Origin: Heptranchias perlo
Taxonomy: Eukaryota
NCBI RefSeq assembly: GCF_035084215.1
Contig: NC_090331.1
Span: forward strand, 97,154,001-97,218,000
Length of the DNA stretch: 64,000 nucleotides
Reading direction: 5' to 3'
Positions within the stretch are counted from its first letter, which is position 1. The number at the start of each line of letters is the position of its first letter. The notes beneath the pieces are model-generated. The model had not been told where the DNA came from. It saw only the letters and a program-made list of their open reading frames with translations, and searched no databases. Both the position numbers and the translations under genes were made by a program. Of this stretch, positions 37,746-50,830 are shown one piece after another.

Positions 37746-38557
37746 ACTGAGTGTCTCTCATCGCCAGTGCACTGGTGCATTTTTTTTAGTCCTGTACTAT
37801 TGTAATATCTCAGAACACTCACCCGATCAAATGACTATGTTTTACACCGAGTGAACTGTATAAAATTGCACATCATCAGCCATTGAATACATGGACTGTC
37901 CACTACTCAAACACTTAAAACATTTGCCCAATTAATTCCACAAAAGTGTCTATTGGGGGAGGGAAAAGTAACATTCATTCTTAATATGAAGAACACGGTG
38001 TCAAATGCTGCACAGAAACTCTGGTTTAATATGCTTTTTATGAGTTATAATACTTTTGACAGGGTGCTTCTTACATTCTGATTATGCAGAGGCCAGTGAA
38101 ATTGCTTAGCTCAACTACTGTTCCTTGGACCAACACTTCAAAACCATCACATCTCCTGTCCAAGACAACAGTAAGAAACATACTCAAATGATTACAGCAA
38201 AATGTTATTAAGTTTATTGTATTGTCTGTACATCCACGTGCTTGCACTATGTAACTAAAGAGAATGCTGCTAAAATTCTGCTGCAAGTGTTTCTTCTACA
38301 ATTGACAACCACACAACTAACAAAGTTGCAATTAAGTTACAAGTTAAGCATGGGGAAGGATTTTATTGCACCAGATTTTATTTTATTAAATACAATTACT
38401 TACTGGTAACTGAATGAACTAAAGAAAACCATTAATTAGTGCTCCAGGACCCAGTAGCAAAGTGCACTGTGCTATGCTACAGGATTGGTAAGGACAGACT
38501 TGATCTGCCACTCCAGTTTCAACTGTGCTGATGTAGGCAGAGGCTGAGCAGAGACTA

Positions 38558-38655
38558 CACATCGTTCACCTGAGGAAGGAGGTAGCCTCCGAAAGCTTGT
38601 GAATTTAAAATAAAATTGCTGGACTATAACTTGGTGTTGTAAAATTGTTTACAAT
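38558..38655 (+). mobile_element. Solo Penelope pLTR fragment (about 98 bp) with 13-bp TSD
   Basis: Reverse complement of about 2226-2320. Flanked by TGAGCAGAGACTA (38545-38557 and 38656-38668). Confidence 0.88.
38565..38603 (+). ncRNA. Minimal hammerhead ribozyme motif
   Basis: TTCAC-CTGAGGA-A-GGAGG TAG CCTCC-GAAA-GCTT-GTGAA. Confidence 0.8.
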
Positions 38656-41600
38656 TGAGCAGAGACTAGGCACTGCTCCAGGCAGGAATGGGAAAAATAA
38701 GAGTCCGAGAAATTGCTGCTTCTCTTCCAGAACTTGGCGCAGGAGATGTGCAGTATTGAGAGACTGTCATGTTTCAGGAAGCTTTGATCATTTTTGCACA
38801 GCAGGATTTGGAGGAGTGTTACATTTAAATATTGGGTTTTTAAAACAAAATATGCTAAAAAAAACCTCCAATATGAAAGGTGTTAAAATGTTAACAGGTC
38901 AGGAAATGAGGTTGTTTCCCCAAAGACTGAAAACAATATACAATTCATTAGCCTGTCTCAGTAATCCATAAAGACCACACATCCATTGTGTTAGGAGGTC
39001 CCTAGTCCCAGCGGATTATACTGCAAAGGTCCTCTCTCTGGTTGTAAACAAAGAGAGAGAAAAAGCGAAACAGGCAGATTTTTAATCAGAAAGTTGCAAG
39101 TGCAAGCTTTGGTCAGGTGCAGAAAGTCAGAATGCAAGAGAGTATTTAGAAATAATTTTAAGTCAGGCAAGATAACCCATTAATAATAATTATTTTTTAT
39201 TAATAGGCAAAGAAACATTGTGCTGATTGAAGTAAATGACTCTGACCATAACTGTATGCACATTTGTTGTGAAATAAAACAGCTTAATAATCCTCTTACC
39301 AAGTGTTTTTGCGAGCCACCTTGGAAAGACTGGAGACATGGATTATTGGGGGGGGCATGTGCAAAAGTCACAAATAATCAGTTCAGATCACAAGGGAGTA
39401 GTAATGTTACACCCCTGGGTTACACCATTGTATAGTTATTGGGCAGTATGGGCACACCCCTCAACGTAAAATTGCTTACAGGAATGGCTAGCACCGCTGT
39501 ACCCAAGAGACTATCTAAGGCAAGATCCAGGCTTGTACCAGAGAACAATGACAATAGAGAGAAAAACACAAGGATTGTCCTCACACAGGAAAATTGAAAT
39601 CCCACAACTTTTTCATGTGTATTTGTAATTTTCCCCAAACTAAAATTATCCTGAAATTAACAACAAATGTTGAAACTTTGTGTTCCCGAATTGGATCTAA
39701 ATGTTATTTAATTTGAGAGAGTAATTTTTGTAATTAAATTCAAAGAGTAATAATATAAAATACACCATAGGACTGGAGCAGTCAAGTTTTTTGTCTTTGC
39801 GGGCCACTTAAGTGCATACCATTGGAGCCTCACGGGTTACATACAAGTTTGAATCATTGTTGAGTTTGATTTACACACACCAGAAGCTGCAAGTAGCACA
39901 GATCGTGGTGTCCTTAATTAGGATTTATGAAAGTGAGGAAACAGCACCCAAGAACAGATTTTTCTAAACCGCTGTGTCAATAAAATTCAAACAGCAAATC
40001 CTAAGAAATATAAGTGCAAAAAGAACTGAGGCTAGGCTTCATGGGCCAGATTCTCATGGCTTGTTGGCCTATAGACAACAGCTTAGACACCCCATGAGTA
40101 GGTTAATCCCAAACCCAAATTTCATAAATCAATGCCTAATCCATATGATGGGAGATGCAGCGAATGCAATGACTAGAAGCTAAGAAAATACTCAGGAGTT
40201 GAATATAGTGAACAGACTCCTCTAATAGTCCAAATCTAAACAATGTGTTATAGCTGAGAATATTTCTGCAAATGATCCAATATTATCCAAAACCTTTCTA
40301 CAATGCTGATCCATTCAAAAAGCTCTTGAAAGAGTAACAGACATGGGCAGTAGTCTAGTGGCTGAAGCAAAAGAGAAACTGGTGTCAACACCTGTTTGAC
40401 AGGCTGTAATGTCAAGCTGCCAATTTGATTAACCTGTGGTGCTTTCTCTCGTGGAGTTGGAGCAGCAGTTGCACATGGTCAATGAAATACCAATCACTTC
40501 TGCTTCCTAAACAATGACTGACAATAAAAAGAATGTTCTTTATTGTTGGCACTTTGTAATTTCTAACAGATGGACTTGTGCATTTTTCTTTTTAAGTGTT
40601 TTGATAAATGTATAAATTGTTGGTCATCAGCTGGAGATTATATACATAACACATCTGTCTGAACATGTACAACTTCGTTATGCCAAGTAGGGACATATAC
40701 ATATGACATCTTAAGTGTAATATACCAATTAAATAATCAAGTATGATGTAGCCCTTTTAAGTACTGCCTGGGAACTCTTGTTAGAGAGTTCACTTGAAAA
40801 CTGGTTAATTTCACCTTATCAACAATTCAGTGTGGTAGCAGGCAGCACAGACTAGTCCCTCCACAAGGTTCTGCAAAATGTCATAGTTTGTCATCTCTGA
40901 AGTATCAAATAATAAGAATCAGTGTATTGGTAACTATCTATTTGCACCCAGAATGTAAAATTAACAGTAGGATAAACAAGGAATTCCAGTAGTTTGACAG
41001 TGAGTACTGAATCTATATGATTTTTCTTATTCTTCAAATTTTTACCAAGTGTTACTGGGAGGTTATTGAACAATAAAGGGTCCTTTAATACTCCCACCTG
41101 CTCAGGAAGTGTCTTCACACACTTGGCTGTGGTATTGTGAACCCTATTTTTGTTTTAGTTGATTGAGAAGCTATTTAAAATTTTTGCCTAACTTTGTAGT
41201 ACAGTAGCTCTAATATTTGAAAATACTTTTAAAAAGTAGTTCATTACCTGCTATGGTACTTTTAAGTGTTAAGAGGCTTTGGCAAAGGATAATGGTTTCC
41301 ACTGGGATATCTATTCTGCTGCTTTCAACAAGTCCATTAAGAGTATGAAAAACTACCCTGTATCAGTGGAAGAGCCTTCACATGAAAAGGTTTTATGTAC
41401 CCTTGATTTGCTGAAGCAAAATGTAAAAGAAATGGAACAAACTAGGTAGTTCTGTGACAATTAGTTAGTGGGTGCAAAGGCTCATCTCCACATTAGACTG
41501 CTGTTTCCAATTTACATTTTTGGTTGCTCTGCATCTATGTGTGGTGGGTTGATCTCTTTGAAAACAATAGATGCTTGAGAAAATTATGTTCAAAAGAGAA

Positions 41601-42989
41601 AACTAGCTGGAAATTGGAGCATAGTTGCTAAGATGGAGCTAGGCTTAGTGCCATTAAGGACCCTGCTCAGATACTTTTTGTGGGGGAAGTAGTCTAAAGA
41701 GGCATGCCCTGAGGGAATTTGGTACCTAATTAAAACCCCTGGATTTGTCTTTGGGAAGCAGCCAAGTTATCCAAGTCAGAACGAACAGCAGGGAATGACA
41801 AGCTTTCCTTTTTAAAATACTTTTAACACTTTGAAATATGACATCTTAAGTGTAAAGGACATGTGTCAGACACAAGCCAGACGGGTGGATATTAACCATT
41901 TCTAAGTGAGTATCTGCTCTGGGCAACTGAATCCTGTGAAACTTTATCCATTTGGACAACTAGTGAGCATGAAAGCAAATGATTTGAACAGCAAGCAAAA
42001 GAACATCCTAACTGGTACCACTTTCACCAACCCACTATCTGGCAGCCATTAGAGAATAACTAGAGAACATTCCTGAAATCAGACTTTGAAGTTAATCAGA
42101 ATGTTTGCAATGGGAAATGAACACATTTCTCTCTGCCCTCCCACCGCACCCACCAGAAAATGTGAATACCAAGTGTCAGCAAGTACTGTTAGGTTAAAGA
42201 TAAAGCACAAAACCCCCGTAACTCTTCACCTTCAATCTGAGTTAACCCCAAACTCAGAACATGCCGTACTACACCAATGAGAGTTCATCAATTTTTTTTT
42301 TGAGTAGGAATTTTCTTATTCATGTCTCTCTCTCTGTGAGACAGGTTATTTTGTGCATGTCATGAATTATGTTAGTTCCCAACTAGGAACTGGATTGAGA
42401 TTGTTCTAAACTAAATTTCACCTCACTCATCTCATCATTCAAACATGTCTGAGGGGTGAACGAGCAACATGCAAAATCACTGCATCACCCAGCTGTATAT
42501 ATTAAAAACAGTAAACTGCAGGCAAATATCAATTAAAAAATGTCATTGTTTTCTTGACAAAGAAGAAACAATGAATATAAAATTACTTTTCAATAAAGCT
42601 GTTACTCATTTTTCATCCTGTATCACGGCCACTCACCTTAAGCTTGCACTCTCTAGATAACTTTTTTGTTCAAGGCAATCAACTCAATTAAAACTTGTAT
42701 TTCAGTAGAGGGTTCCAGCTTGCAACAGCACAGAGAGCATACAATCCACAAACTACCTCTGACCTCGGATTTCAATGTTCCCAAGTGGCCTGACTAACAC
42801 AAGGTGCTATAGGTATGAAAGAAACCTCTTCTCAGAAACACATATCTACTACACTCCAATATCCTGAGCGTTGATATGTTGAACTTCTCCAACTAGATGC
42901 TTTGACTAGTATACGTACAATGCAGCAGATATGTAAAAGATTCATTCGGATGTACTTTCACTGGGATAAACTTTAATGTAGATTTTCAT

Positions 42990-44012
42990 GCCAAAAAGAA
43001 TAGTAAGCCTGAGCATTGGGAGGGTTTTAGAAATCAGCAAAGGATAACCAAGAAATTGATAGAGGGAGAAAATTGAATGAGAGTAAACTAGCAAGAAATA
43101 TAAAAACTGATTGTAAGAGCTTCTACAAGTATGTAGAAAAAGATTAGCAAAAGTAAACATGGGTCCCTTGGAGGCAGAGACAGGAAAAATTATCAGGAAT
43201 AAGGAAATGGCAGAGACATTAAACAAATATTTTGTATCTGTCTTCACAGTAGAAGACACAAATCATACCGGAAATAGTGGGGAAGCAAGGGTCTAATGAG
43301 AGGGAGGAACTTAAAAGAAATTAAGATTAGTGAAGAAAAAGTACTGGAGAAATTAATGGGACTAAAAGCTGACATCCCCAGTACCTGATGGCCTACATCC
43401 TAGGGTTTTAAAAAGAGGTGACTGCAGAGATAGTGGATACATTGGTTTTGATCTTCCAGAATTCCCTAGATTCTAGAATGGTCCCCGTGGATTGGAAGGT
43501 AGCAAATGTAACCCTGCTATTCAAGAAAGGAGGGAGAGAGAAAACAGGGAACTACAGTCCAGTTAGCCTGACATCAGTAGTAGGGAAAATCTATTATTAA
43601 TGACCTAGTAACAGGGCACTTAGGAAATCATAATATGATTAGGCAGAGTCAACACTGTTTTATGAAAGGGAAATTGTGTTTGACAAATCTGTTAAGAGTT
43701 TTTTGAGGATGTAACTAGCAGGGTAGATAAGGGGGAACCAGTGGAAGTAATATATTTGGATTTTCAAAAGGCATTCATTCGTTAAGGTGCCACACAAGAG
43801 GTTGTTACACAAGATTAGAGCTCATGGGATTGGGGGTAATATATTAGCATGGATAGAGGATTGGTTAACAGACAGAAAACAGAGAGTAGGGATAAACGGG
43901 TCATTTTCAGGTTGCCAGGCTGTAACTAGTGGGGTGCCGCAAGGATCAGTGCTTGGGCCTCAGCTATTTACAATCTATATTAATGACTTAGATGAAGGGA
44001 CCGAGTGTAATG
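42990..44012 (+). mobile_element. CR1 ORF2 internal remnant
   Basis: VPVDWKVANVTLLFKKG and [21 protein letters not shown] motifs, with many frameshifts. Confidence 0.88.
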
Positions 44013-45371
44013 TATTGCGCTTTCCAACACTCACTTGAGATGTCAATTGTTCAAAAAGAAGTTTAGGAGATTGGTCAGGCAGGATCTACCTCTGATGACA
44101 CTATGAAGGCTGTCATGTCCTAGGATATTTTCAAATAGGTACTCAAATTTGTCTTGCACTATCGATTCCATTATATGCCATTTGTACATTTTGCAATGAA
44201 CTTTCTGGGTGTTGTTATGCAGAGTACATGAAGTTGTATGGACATGAAAAATGAAAACAAATGCAACATTTGAGAATGCAGCAAAACTGCCATTAACCAC
44301 CACAATGAAGGCAACCCAAGGCAGATAAATCAAGTCCCCATATATTTGGTCTGACAAAGATTTTAGCTTCAAGTATAGATAAAATCCACATTTTTTTCAC
44401 TTTCTAAGTAAGGTATTCTGGACAAAAAGAAATGAAAAATCCAACACCCTCTGATCTCCTGACCCAGTGAAATATCAAGAGTTGTACGATAGTAACGTCT
44501 ACTAGATACTGGACATCCAGATAGCTCTATCTTGTCGGATCGGAGTCTGGAAGAAAAAAATTCAACTAAAACACTCAATTGTTTTTTTTTTAAGCTTGTT
44601 TATGCAAAACTCAGACCAACTCCCACAGAAGTTCTTCCAGATAATACACTTTGTAACTAGCACCAGCCAGAATACCCGATTGAAAAGAGTGCCAAATCAA
44701 ACGAAATGTTCCAGTTCTACCCTGATTGATGAACAGCCACCATGCTGGAAGATCCACTCTACAGATTAACTGGGTTAAAGACTGGCATGGTGAACAGATG
44801 AACTCAGAACAGATGTGAGAATATCTTTTATTTCAACAACTAGAAAATTGTTACAGATAAGTGGAATATGAATTAGAAAAGTAATGTATGATTAATTTAC
44901 AATTAAAGTTAGTTAGTTCAACTGTAAAACAACCCAATACATCTTTATCTAATGACTGCTGTCATTCTGTGTAAACAATAAACAGGATTAATCAAACATT
45001 ATCCCATCACCACAGAACGTATTTGAAAATTAAAATATGGTTTCTCATTCCTATTCAGATTTAAGAAGTCATCCATCAAAGCATGTATGTGAGGAGTGGA
45101 TGGGAGAAAAGAGGAGATGCCATATCACACAGCCAAGGTGGTCCTGATCCATACTCTATAGAAAGGTCTTCAGATGCCTCCAAGGAGCACTGAACAACTA
45201 CATCTAGGAGAGGTGTGGAGGGCAGCTCCTCCACTGTAAAATAAAAACTATTTTTTTCCTTCTCCTTGTCCTTTTAAAATATTGTGAATCTACAATTGCT
45301 TCCAGCTCTGACAGGTCCACACCAGAAACATTAATCGTCTGTTCTCTCCAGACGCTGACTGACCTGCCGAG

Positions 45372-46260
45372 TGAAAGGACTAAGTAGAAAGCCACTCTGC
45401 TCTGCCAACTGCCCCAATACCAGCGCACATCTGGGTGTTTCCAGAATACACAATGGCATTGATACCAATGGCATGATTCAGCAGGCATATACCTTCCTCT
45501 ACAAGATCCTGGGAGGTTGGAAGAGGGGTCTAAAGGCTGAATTGTGTGACTGACATGCCCCTCACATTCCAGTGTAAGCCCTCCCAAAAGTCTTGCAGGC
45601 CCTGTTGAGGATCTTCTAAAGCATCTTCCTTCAATGTGGGCTCCCATGCCTGGATGGAAACTGTTCAGAGGCTACAATCATCAGTAGATTCCTCACAATC
45701 CAGAGCCGTGTCACTGCTTTCATCGATGGTCATGGCCTCCTCGGTGGACAGAGTAGTAGAAAACTCATCTGTGGAAAAGGACAATATGTAAATATTTTTC
45801 AGTTGCTGTCCTCATAAGTAACTGGTGACAGACTGCCACAGATGCTATAGCAGAGAAAGAGGGCTGCAATTACTACACAAAGCATTTTGGTAACACATAC
45901 CACAGACTGCAGTCAGCATGCTGCTTGCAGTACAATTTATACAGAGTGCTTTCTAACTCTTTTCACTGCATTGAGAAACTACATGGAAGGAATAAATGTA
46001 CATTAAACTTACCAGATAGATAGGATGGCACGAACGAAGTTTATTCCTCTGGGGCCAATTTGAAGACATTTGCTATTCTATCTTCTGGCCAAGATTTTTG
46101 TTTGATGAGACTGCCGCTTCATGATGCACTTTCAGCCCATGGACACTGAAGTCCATTTCTTTAAGACACCCTTTCAGGTCATTAGTTCATTTCCTACACT
46201 GCTGTGGCCTTCAAAGTGTTGCTACTTTTGTTCACAATCATGGCGCATAAATAGAGCCGT
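45372..46260 (-). pseudogene. Possible decayed Myb/SANT-like gene of a PIF/Harbinger transposon (two exons)
   Basis: Frameshifted reading LCAMIVNKSSNTL/RPQQCRK*TNDLK resembles the Myb/SANT trihelix R..QC.KRW.DL motif. Donor G|GTAAGT at 46013/46012 and acceptor TTTTCCACAG at 45769/45768, followed by an acidic, Ser/Thr-rich frame. Confidence 0.35.
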
Positions 46261-46509
46261 CCCTCAGGAATAGTCAGTATCATCTATGTGCTGAGAAATG
46301 CATTAGTATGTTTGCAAAACTGTTTAAAACAAAATTTAGGTGCAGAGAAACATGGTCAACAGTTCTTCCCTTGCAGTTATCATTCAAATTTTCTGCTGGG
46401 ATTATAAGTATTATCTTCTAAACTCACTACCTAAAGTAACTTCAAAAATGTAGCACCCCTGTTTGGTTGCCAAGTCACATAATTATTGCTACATAAACAA
46501 AGAGCAAAA

Positions 46510-46868
46510 AAATTGCAGATACTGAAATCAAACAAAATCAGAAAATACTAGAAACATAGCATCTGTGGAGAGAACAGACAAGTTAACGCTTCAGGTAAGA
46601 ACCAGTGTCAGAACTGGAAGACATTACAGACGAATAGCATTTAAAAACAGAGGGAGGGAATACACACTTGAATGACGCCCACTTTACAGGTCATTCCAGT
46701 TCTTGTGTGCCAGCTCGCGCGACCTTCTCTTTGTTTTTTTCCCAATGTTGCTCTGTAATTTATTCTAGTTCTGACAGCAGGTCCATATCTGGAATGTTAA
46801 CTTGTCTGTTCTCTCTACAGACGCAGACTGACCAGCTGAGTGTTTCCAAGTTTTTGTTTTGTTTCAGA
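46510..46868. repeat. Fold-back element of the same family
   Basis: GCATCTGTGGAGAGAACAGACAAGTTAACGCTTCAGG is inverted against CTGGAATGTTAACTTGTCTGTTCTCTCTACAGACGC. A half copy lies at 45302-45372. Confidence 0.6.
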
Positions 46869-48517
46869 TCTATTGCTACACAACAATCTAAAGGGTCTTC
46901 ACACTGACAAGTCAAAACATCACTTCAATGCTGTACAATTAAAGTAGGTATATTTTACAAAACTGAATTATCCTGTACATATAATCCTACTGATAATCAA
47001 AATTGTTCAATTTGCAATCAGTTGGCAAAATTTTTTTAAAATATACAAAACCTAGACAATAACTACCAAGTCACTGAGCAACATTCCATCACAATTACTG
47101 TCAGACCACGAACATTCATCATGGCAACTTATGTTGCTAAATTCATTAACCACATTGTGATTTTCATATCAATTGACCTTCACAGAGATATATAGAAAAA
47201 CATGCAGTGTCTGGTGAGACAGAATTCACTACACCTGCCAAATAAGAAGATATTCTGCAATGGGATCTGAAACACATGTAAACACTTTAAAACTTACAGA
47301 CTGAGCATTTCATCCATTACAAGCATACACTGCAGTATTCTCACTGGGTTTATTTAACATGTTGGTACCAATGCACAATAGGCAAAATAAGCCAACAGAC
47401 TTAGAATTCACATCAAATTACTTCTCTCAAACATCACCAGTGACAAACTATAATCACTGTTTTGAATAGTTTGCAATCAGCAGACTTAAAGAAGGCTCTT
47501 GCAAGCAGCGTGTGCCGCAGTTGTATTGGACTAGCGGTCCAAGAGCAGTAAGTGCAGAGTGCAATTTGCAGTCAAACACTGGAATTGGTACTGCGGATGA
47601 AAAAACACACTCTAGCCACCAGAAGAAAACTGTTTTGCGTACGCATGCTTACACATTTCGAACTCCATGTGCAAGGCTCCACTCTCGGTCAGTACATTAC
47701 TGTTTCGAGGGTGCAGGCTGGAGCATGTTTTCTCAAAACATGAAGGAGACTCTTCTCCAGTGCCTAGGAGATCCAAATGAGCACCTGAACATTTTCTAAA
47801 CCCAGCTTGAAACCGCACCAGAGTTACACTCACGTGGTGTTAAACTCAAAAAGTGCAAAACAGCTTTCCTGTTGTCCCCAAGATCCAGGACTTGAACCAG
47901 GAGTTATGCTGTCATTTCATGTTGATGCACAGCAGTAACACAAACTGCTGGTGTAACTGCCTCCTTGATATACATGCTACTTGTGTAAAAAAAAACTGTT
48001 TCTAAATCAGCTCCAAACCTTTCCATTCCTAGTGACTTCAAAACATCATTTTAGTCAACCCTTTTTTCTGACCCACAGTGTTACAATAACCAGTTTTGCT
48101 AAGCCTCATGACCACCATATAGCACTTAGTTTATCCTGAAATATCCAATATTCTACAATTAAAAATATTCCAATGTGCTAACGATATTTAAAGCTGCTTA
48201 TTATTTGATAGAATCACTATTATAATGATTCGACAATCTATAGTCCATAAAATTTTTATACAAAAGTCTTTATTGATGTTTCTGTGCTCACTAAACTATT
48301 TCCCATTCTACCTATACTTAATCTCATGAAAGTCTTTCTGCCACGTCAAAGTGACCTGATTTACAGGAGCTCCCACTGGTGTGCAGCCTGTCAATTTGTG
48401 GAAGAAAAATTATAAAAAGGCTCCAGCAGGGTACATGCTCTGATGTGAGTTGCAGCTAATCCACTTGGCTGGAATTAAGGACTGAAAAGACAATACAATG
48501 TCAACAATTCTACTTAC

Positions 48518-49707
48518 ATTGGCGTATTCCTCTTCAATGAAATCTCTTCACTATCCAAATCCTCATCTGTGCTACTATCCGTTTCATCGGAATCCACACC
48601 GTCTTCTACGTGCGATAGCAGTGCTTTTGAAAAAGACGTACACTCGTAGAGTTCAGAGTTGATGGGATTTGGAATGAATCCAGTCTGCACACTGTCACCT
48701 TGCCTTAATCCAGCAAAAAAGGAAGGCTTGGGTTTTGAACTGTCAAATGTGTTTGGTGCCTTCTGCCTTTGCTGGTATGATTCTATCAACTCTTGCATTT
48801 TGTACTTAACATGGTGCTCAACATGCTTTGCCTGTATTATCTGCAAACGTTTTCGAAGTCTGCTGGCCTTTTTAGCTAGCTCTTGCTGTCTGCCAAGGCA
48901 CTCAAGCAGCTGAGTATTCATTTCAGTTTCCCTTGCACTTGTGGAATTACCAAGTCGTTTTTCTTGTTTTCTCTGGTGGGCCGATTGCCTGGCACTACTC
49001 AATAAATTTCCGATCTGAATGGCATCCACTGCTGGTACAGTACCCCAAATGTTGTTTGCTTTGGTTGGTTTCAACTCTGCCTTTTGATTTGAAGTTATGC
49101 CATCAGGAGCGTTGAGGTTCACTGAAACTGAATCACAGGCCAAATTCATCTCACTAGCAGCGGTTAATACGCCCTTACACTTCAAAGGACTGTTTTTCTG
49201 GCAGCTTAAGCCTTTCATACCATTTTTATTACTACTTAGCTTTGCTTCAGGTATAACATACTTTTTGCTAGCATTAGAAGCAGATGCTTGCTTAGTTCTA
49301 TCACAAGATAAATTATTTTTGGTAAGAATGACTGGAGAGTTTTTGCTAAACAATTTCTTCCTACTAGTAAGGTTATAGTTTAAAGACAACATGTCCAATA
49401 GAGAATTAGTACTGGTTAACAAGGCTGCTTTATTCGGGATTGAGGAGTGTACTATCGCCGATCCATAAGGTACGTGTTTCAAATCAGTTGCATCACTGTC
49501 GAGCCCATGTGCTGCACATGGATAAGCAAGTTGAGACCAAGCAGATTGTGTGTCACAATCCCCATTTAACTTCTGCTCTGCAGTGGTGTCATTCTTGTAC
49601 ATAAATGTGTCAGGCTCAATGGAACTGGAAGGTAAGGAGGATGACGACAGCTGGAATCCATGTCCCTCTGTGACTGTTTTGGTGAGAGCAGGAGGCATTG
49701 TAGCCAT
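48518..49707 (-). CDS. KANSL1L: KAT8 regulatory NSL complex subunit 1-like, first coding exon (exon 2; 5'UTR part extends to 49750)
   Basis: Reads MATMPPALTKTVTEGHGFQLSSSSLPSSSIEPDTFMYK...RQQELAKKASRLRKRLQIIQAKHVEHHVK...VDSDETDSSTDED, matching the KANSL1/KANSL1L N-terminus, coiled coil and acidic DSD.T.SS motif. Acceptor TTCCGTAG|G at 49751/49750; donor AT|GTAAGT at 48518/48517 (1190 nt, phase 2). Confidence 0.93.
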
Positions 49708-50277
49708 GCAGCGTTTCCCCACCAATCCCAGTGCAATAAAAACGTTGCTCCTACGGAAGAGAATGAACAAAAACTCAATGGCACAGTAAAATATCTGAAC
49801 CCCTCTGTTGATATAAACCAAAGATATATTTAGACTTTAACAAGTTGCTTCCAGAACTGTTCTCCTGTTTATACCTCTAATCCCTCAACACAAACATCTC
49901 AAGGTATGCAGTCAAAGTTAACGGCAAAACACCATTCTGTGACTAACTTAGATGCAATTTCTTCAGTTTAAAATGCCTGTCTATATATTGCATCTGCTTG
50001 CTATGTAAACTTTATTCACATCTTTTGCAGATTATCATTGGTTCCGAAGTGTCACAAAGATGGCTCTATTAAAAAAAACATTTATAGAATGATTGAATTT
50101 ACCATGCTAATGGGTGGAGATAACTTATATGAGCACTAAGGATAATTTTCTTGCCCAGAAAATCATAATTAACTTCAAATGCAGTTAGAAATCATTTTCA
50201 ACCCTTTAAGCAGAAGTATGCTCCAAGGATCTTAAATACACCCTCATTACCACACTTTATGTTTTAAACCAACTTAT

Positions 50278-50716
50278 TAGGGGTGAGGGACTTCAGTTAT
50301 GTGATGAGACTAGAGAAGCTGGGATTGTTCTCCTTAGAGCAGAGAAGGTAACGGGGAGATTTAATAGAAGTGTTCAAAGTCATGAGAGGTTTTGATAGTT
50401 TCTCCTTATTTACTCTGTTTCCAGGGGCAGAAGGATCATAAACCAGAGGACACGGAGGTAATTGGTAAAAGAACCAGAGGTAAGATGAGAATTTTCTTTA
50501 CGCAGCAAGTTATGATGTGGAACGCACTGCCTGAAAGGGCGGAGGAAGCAGATTCAACAGCAACTTTCAAGTGGAAATTGGATAAAGACTTGAAGGGGAG
50601 AAAACTGCAGGGCTATAGGGAAAGTGCAGGGGAGTGGGACTAATTGGATAGCTCTTTCAAAGGCACAGGCACGATGGACCGAATGGCCTCCTTCTGTGCT
50701 GTAAGATTCTATGATT
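50278..50716 (+). mobile_element. CR1 3' end
   Basis: FFTQQVMMWNALPER motif, CR1 3'UTR and tail. Confidence 0.85.
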
Positions 50717-50830
50717 AGAGCCAGCCCAAGGACAGGCACTTTGTGCTGAAACATTACGATGGCCAGACAGAATTCTACTTTGCAGTGTAGAAAACTAAAC
50801 AATGCTTGTCCCCCATCAATTTCAAGTCAT

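Noticed and set aside
40701-41855. 20-bp direct repeat ATATGACATCTTAAGTGTAA at 40701 and 41836
   Set aside because: The enclosed 1.1 kb shows no element features, so it cannot be called a TSD. Likely a small local duplication.
49708-49821. N-terminal extension of the 435-aa ORF
   Set aside because: It starts at a non-ATG codon inside the intron and crosses the acceptor at 49751. The likely start is the ATG at 49707, and the ORF's stop lies in the GTAAGT donor.
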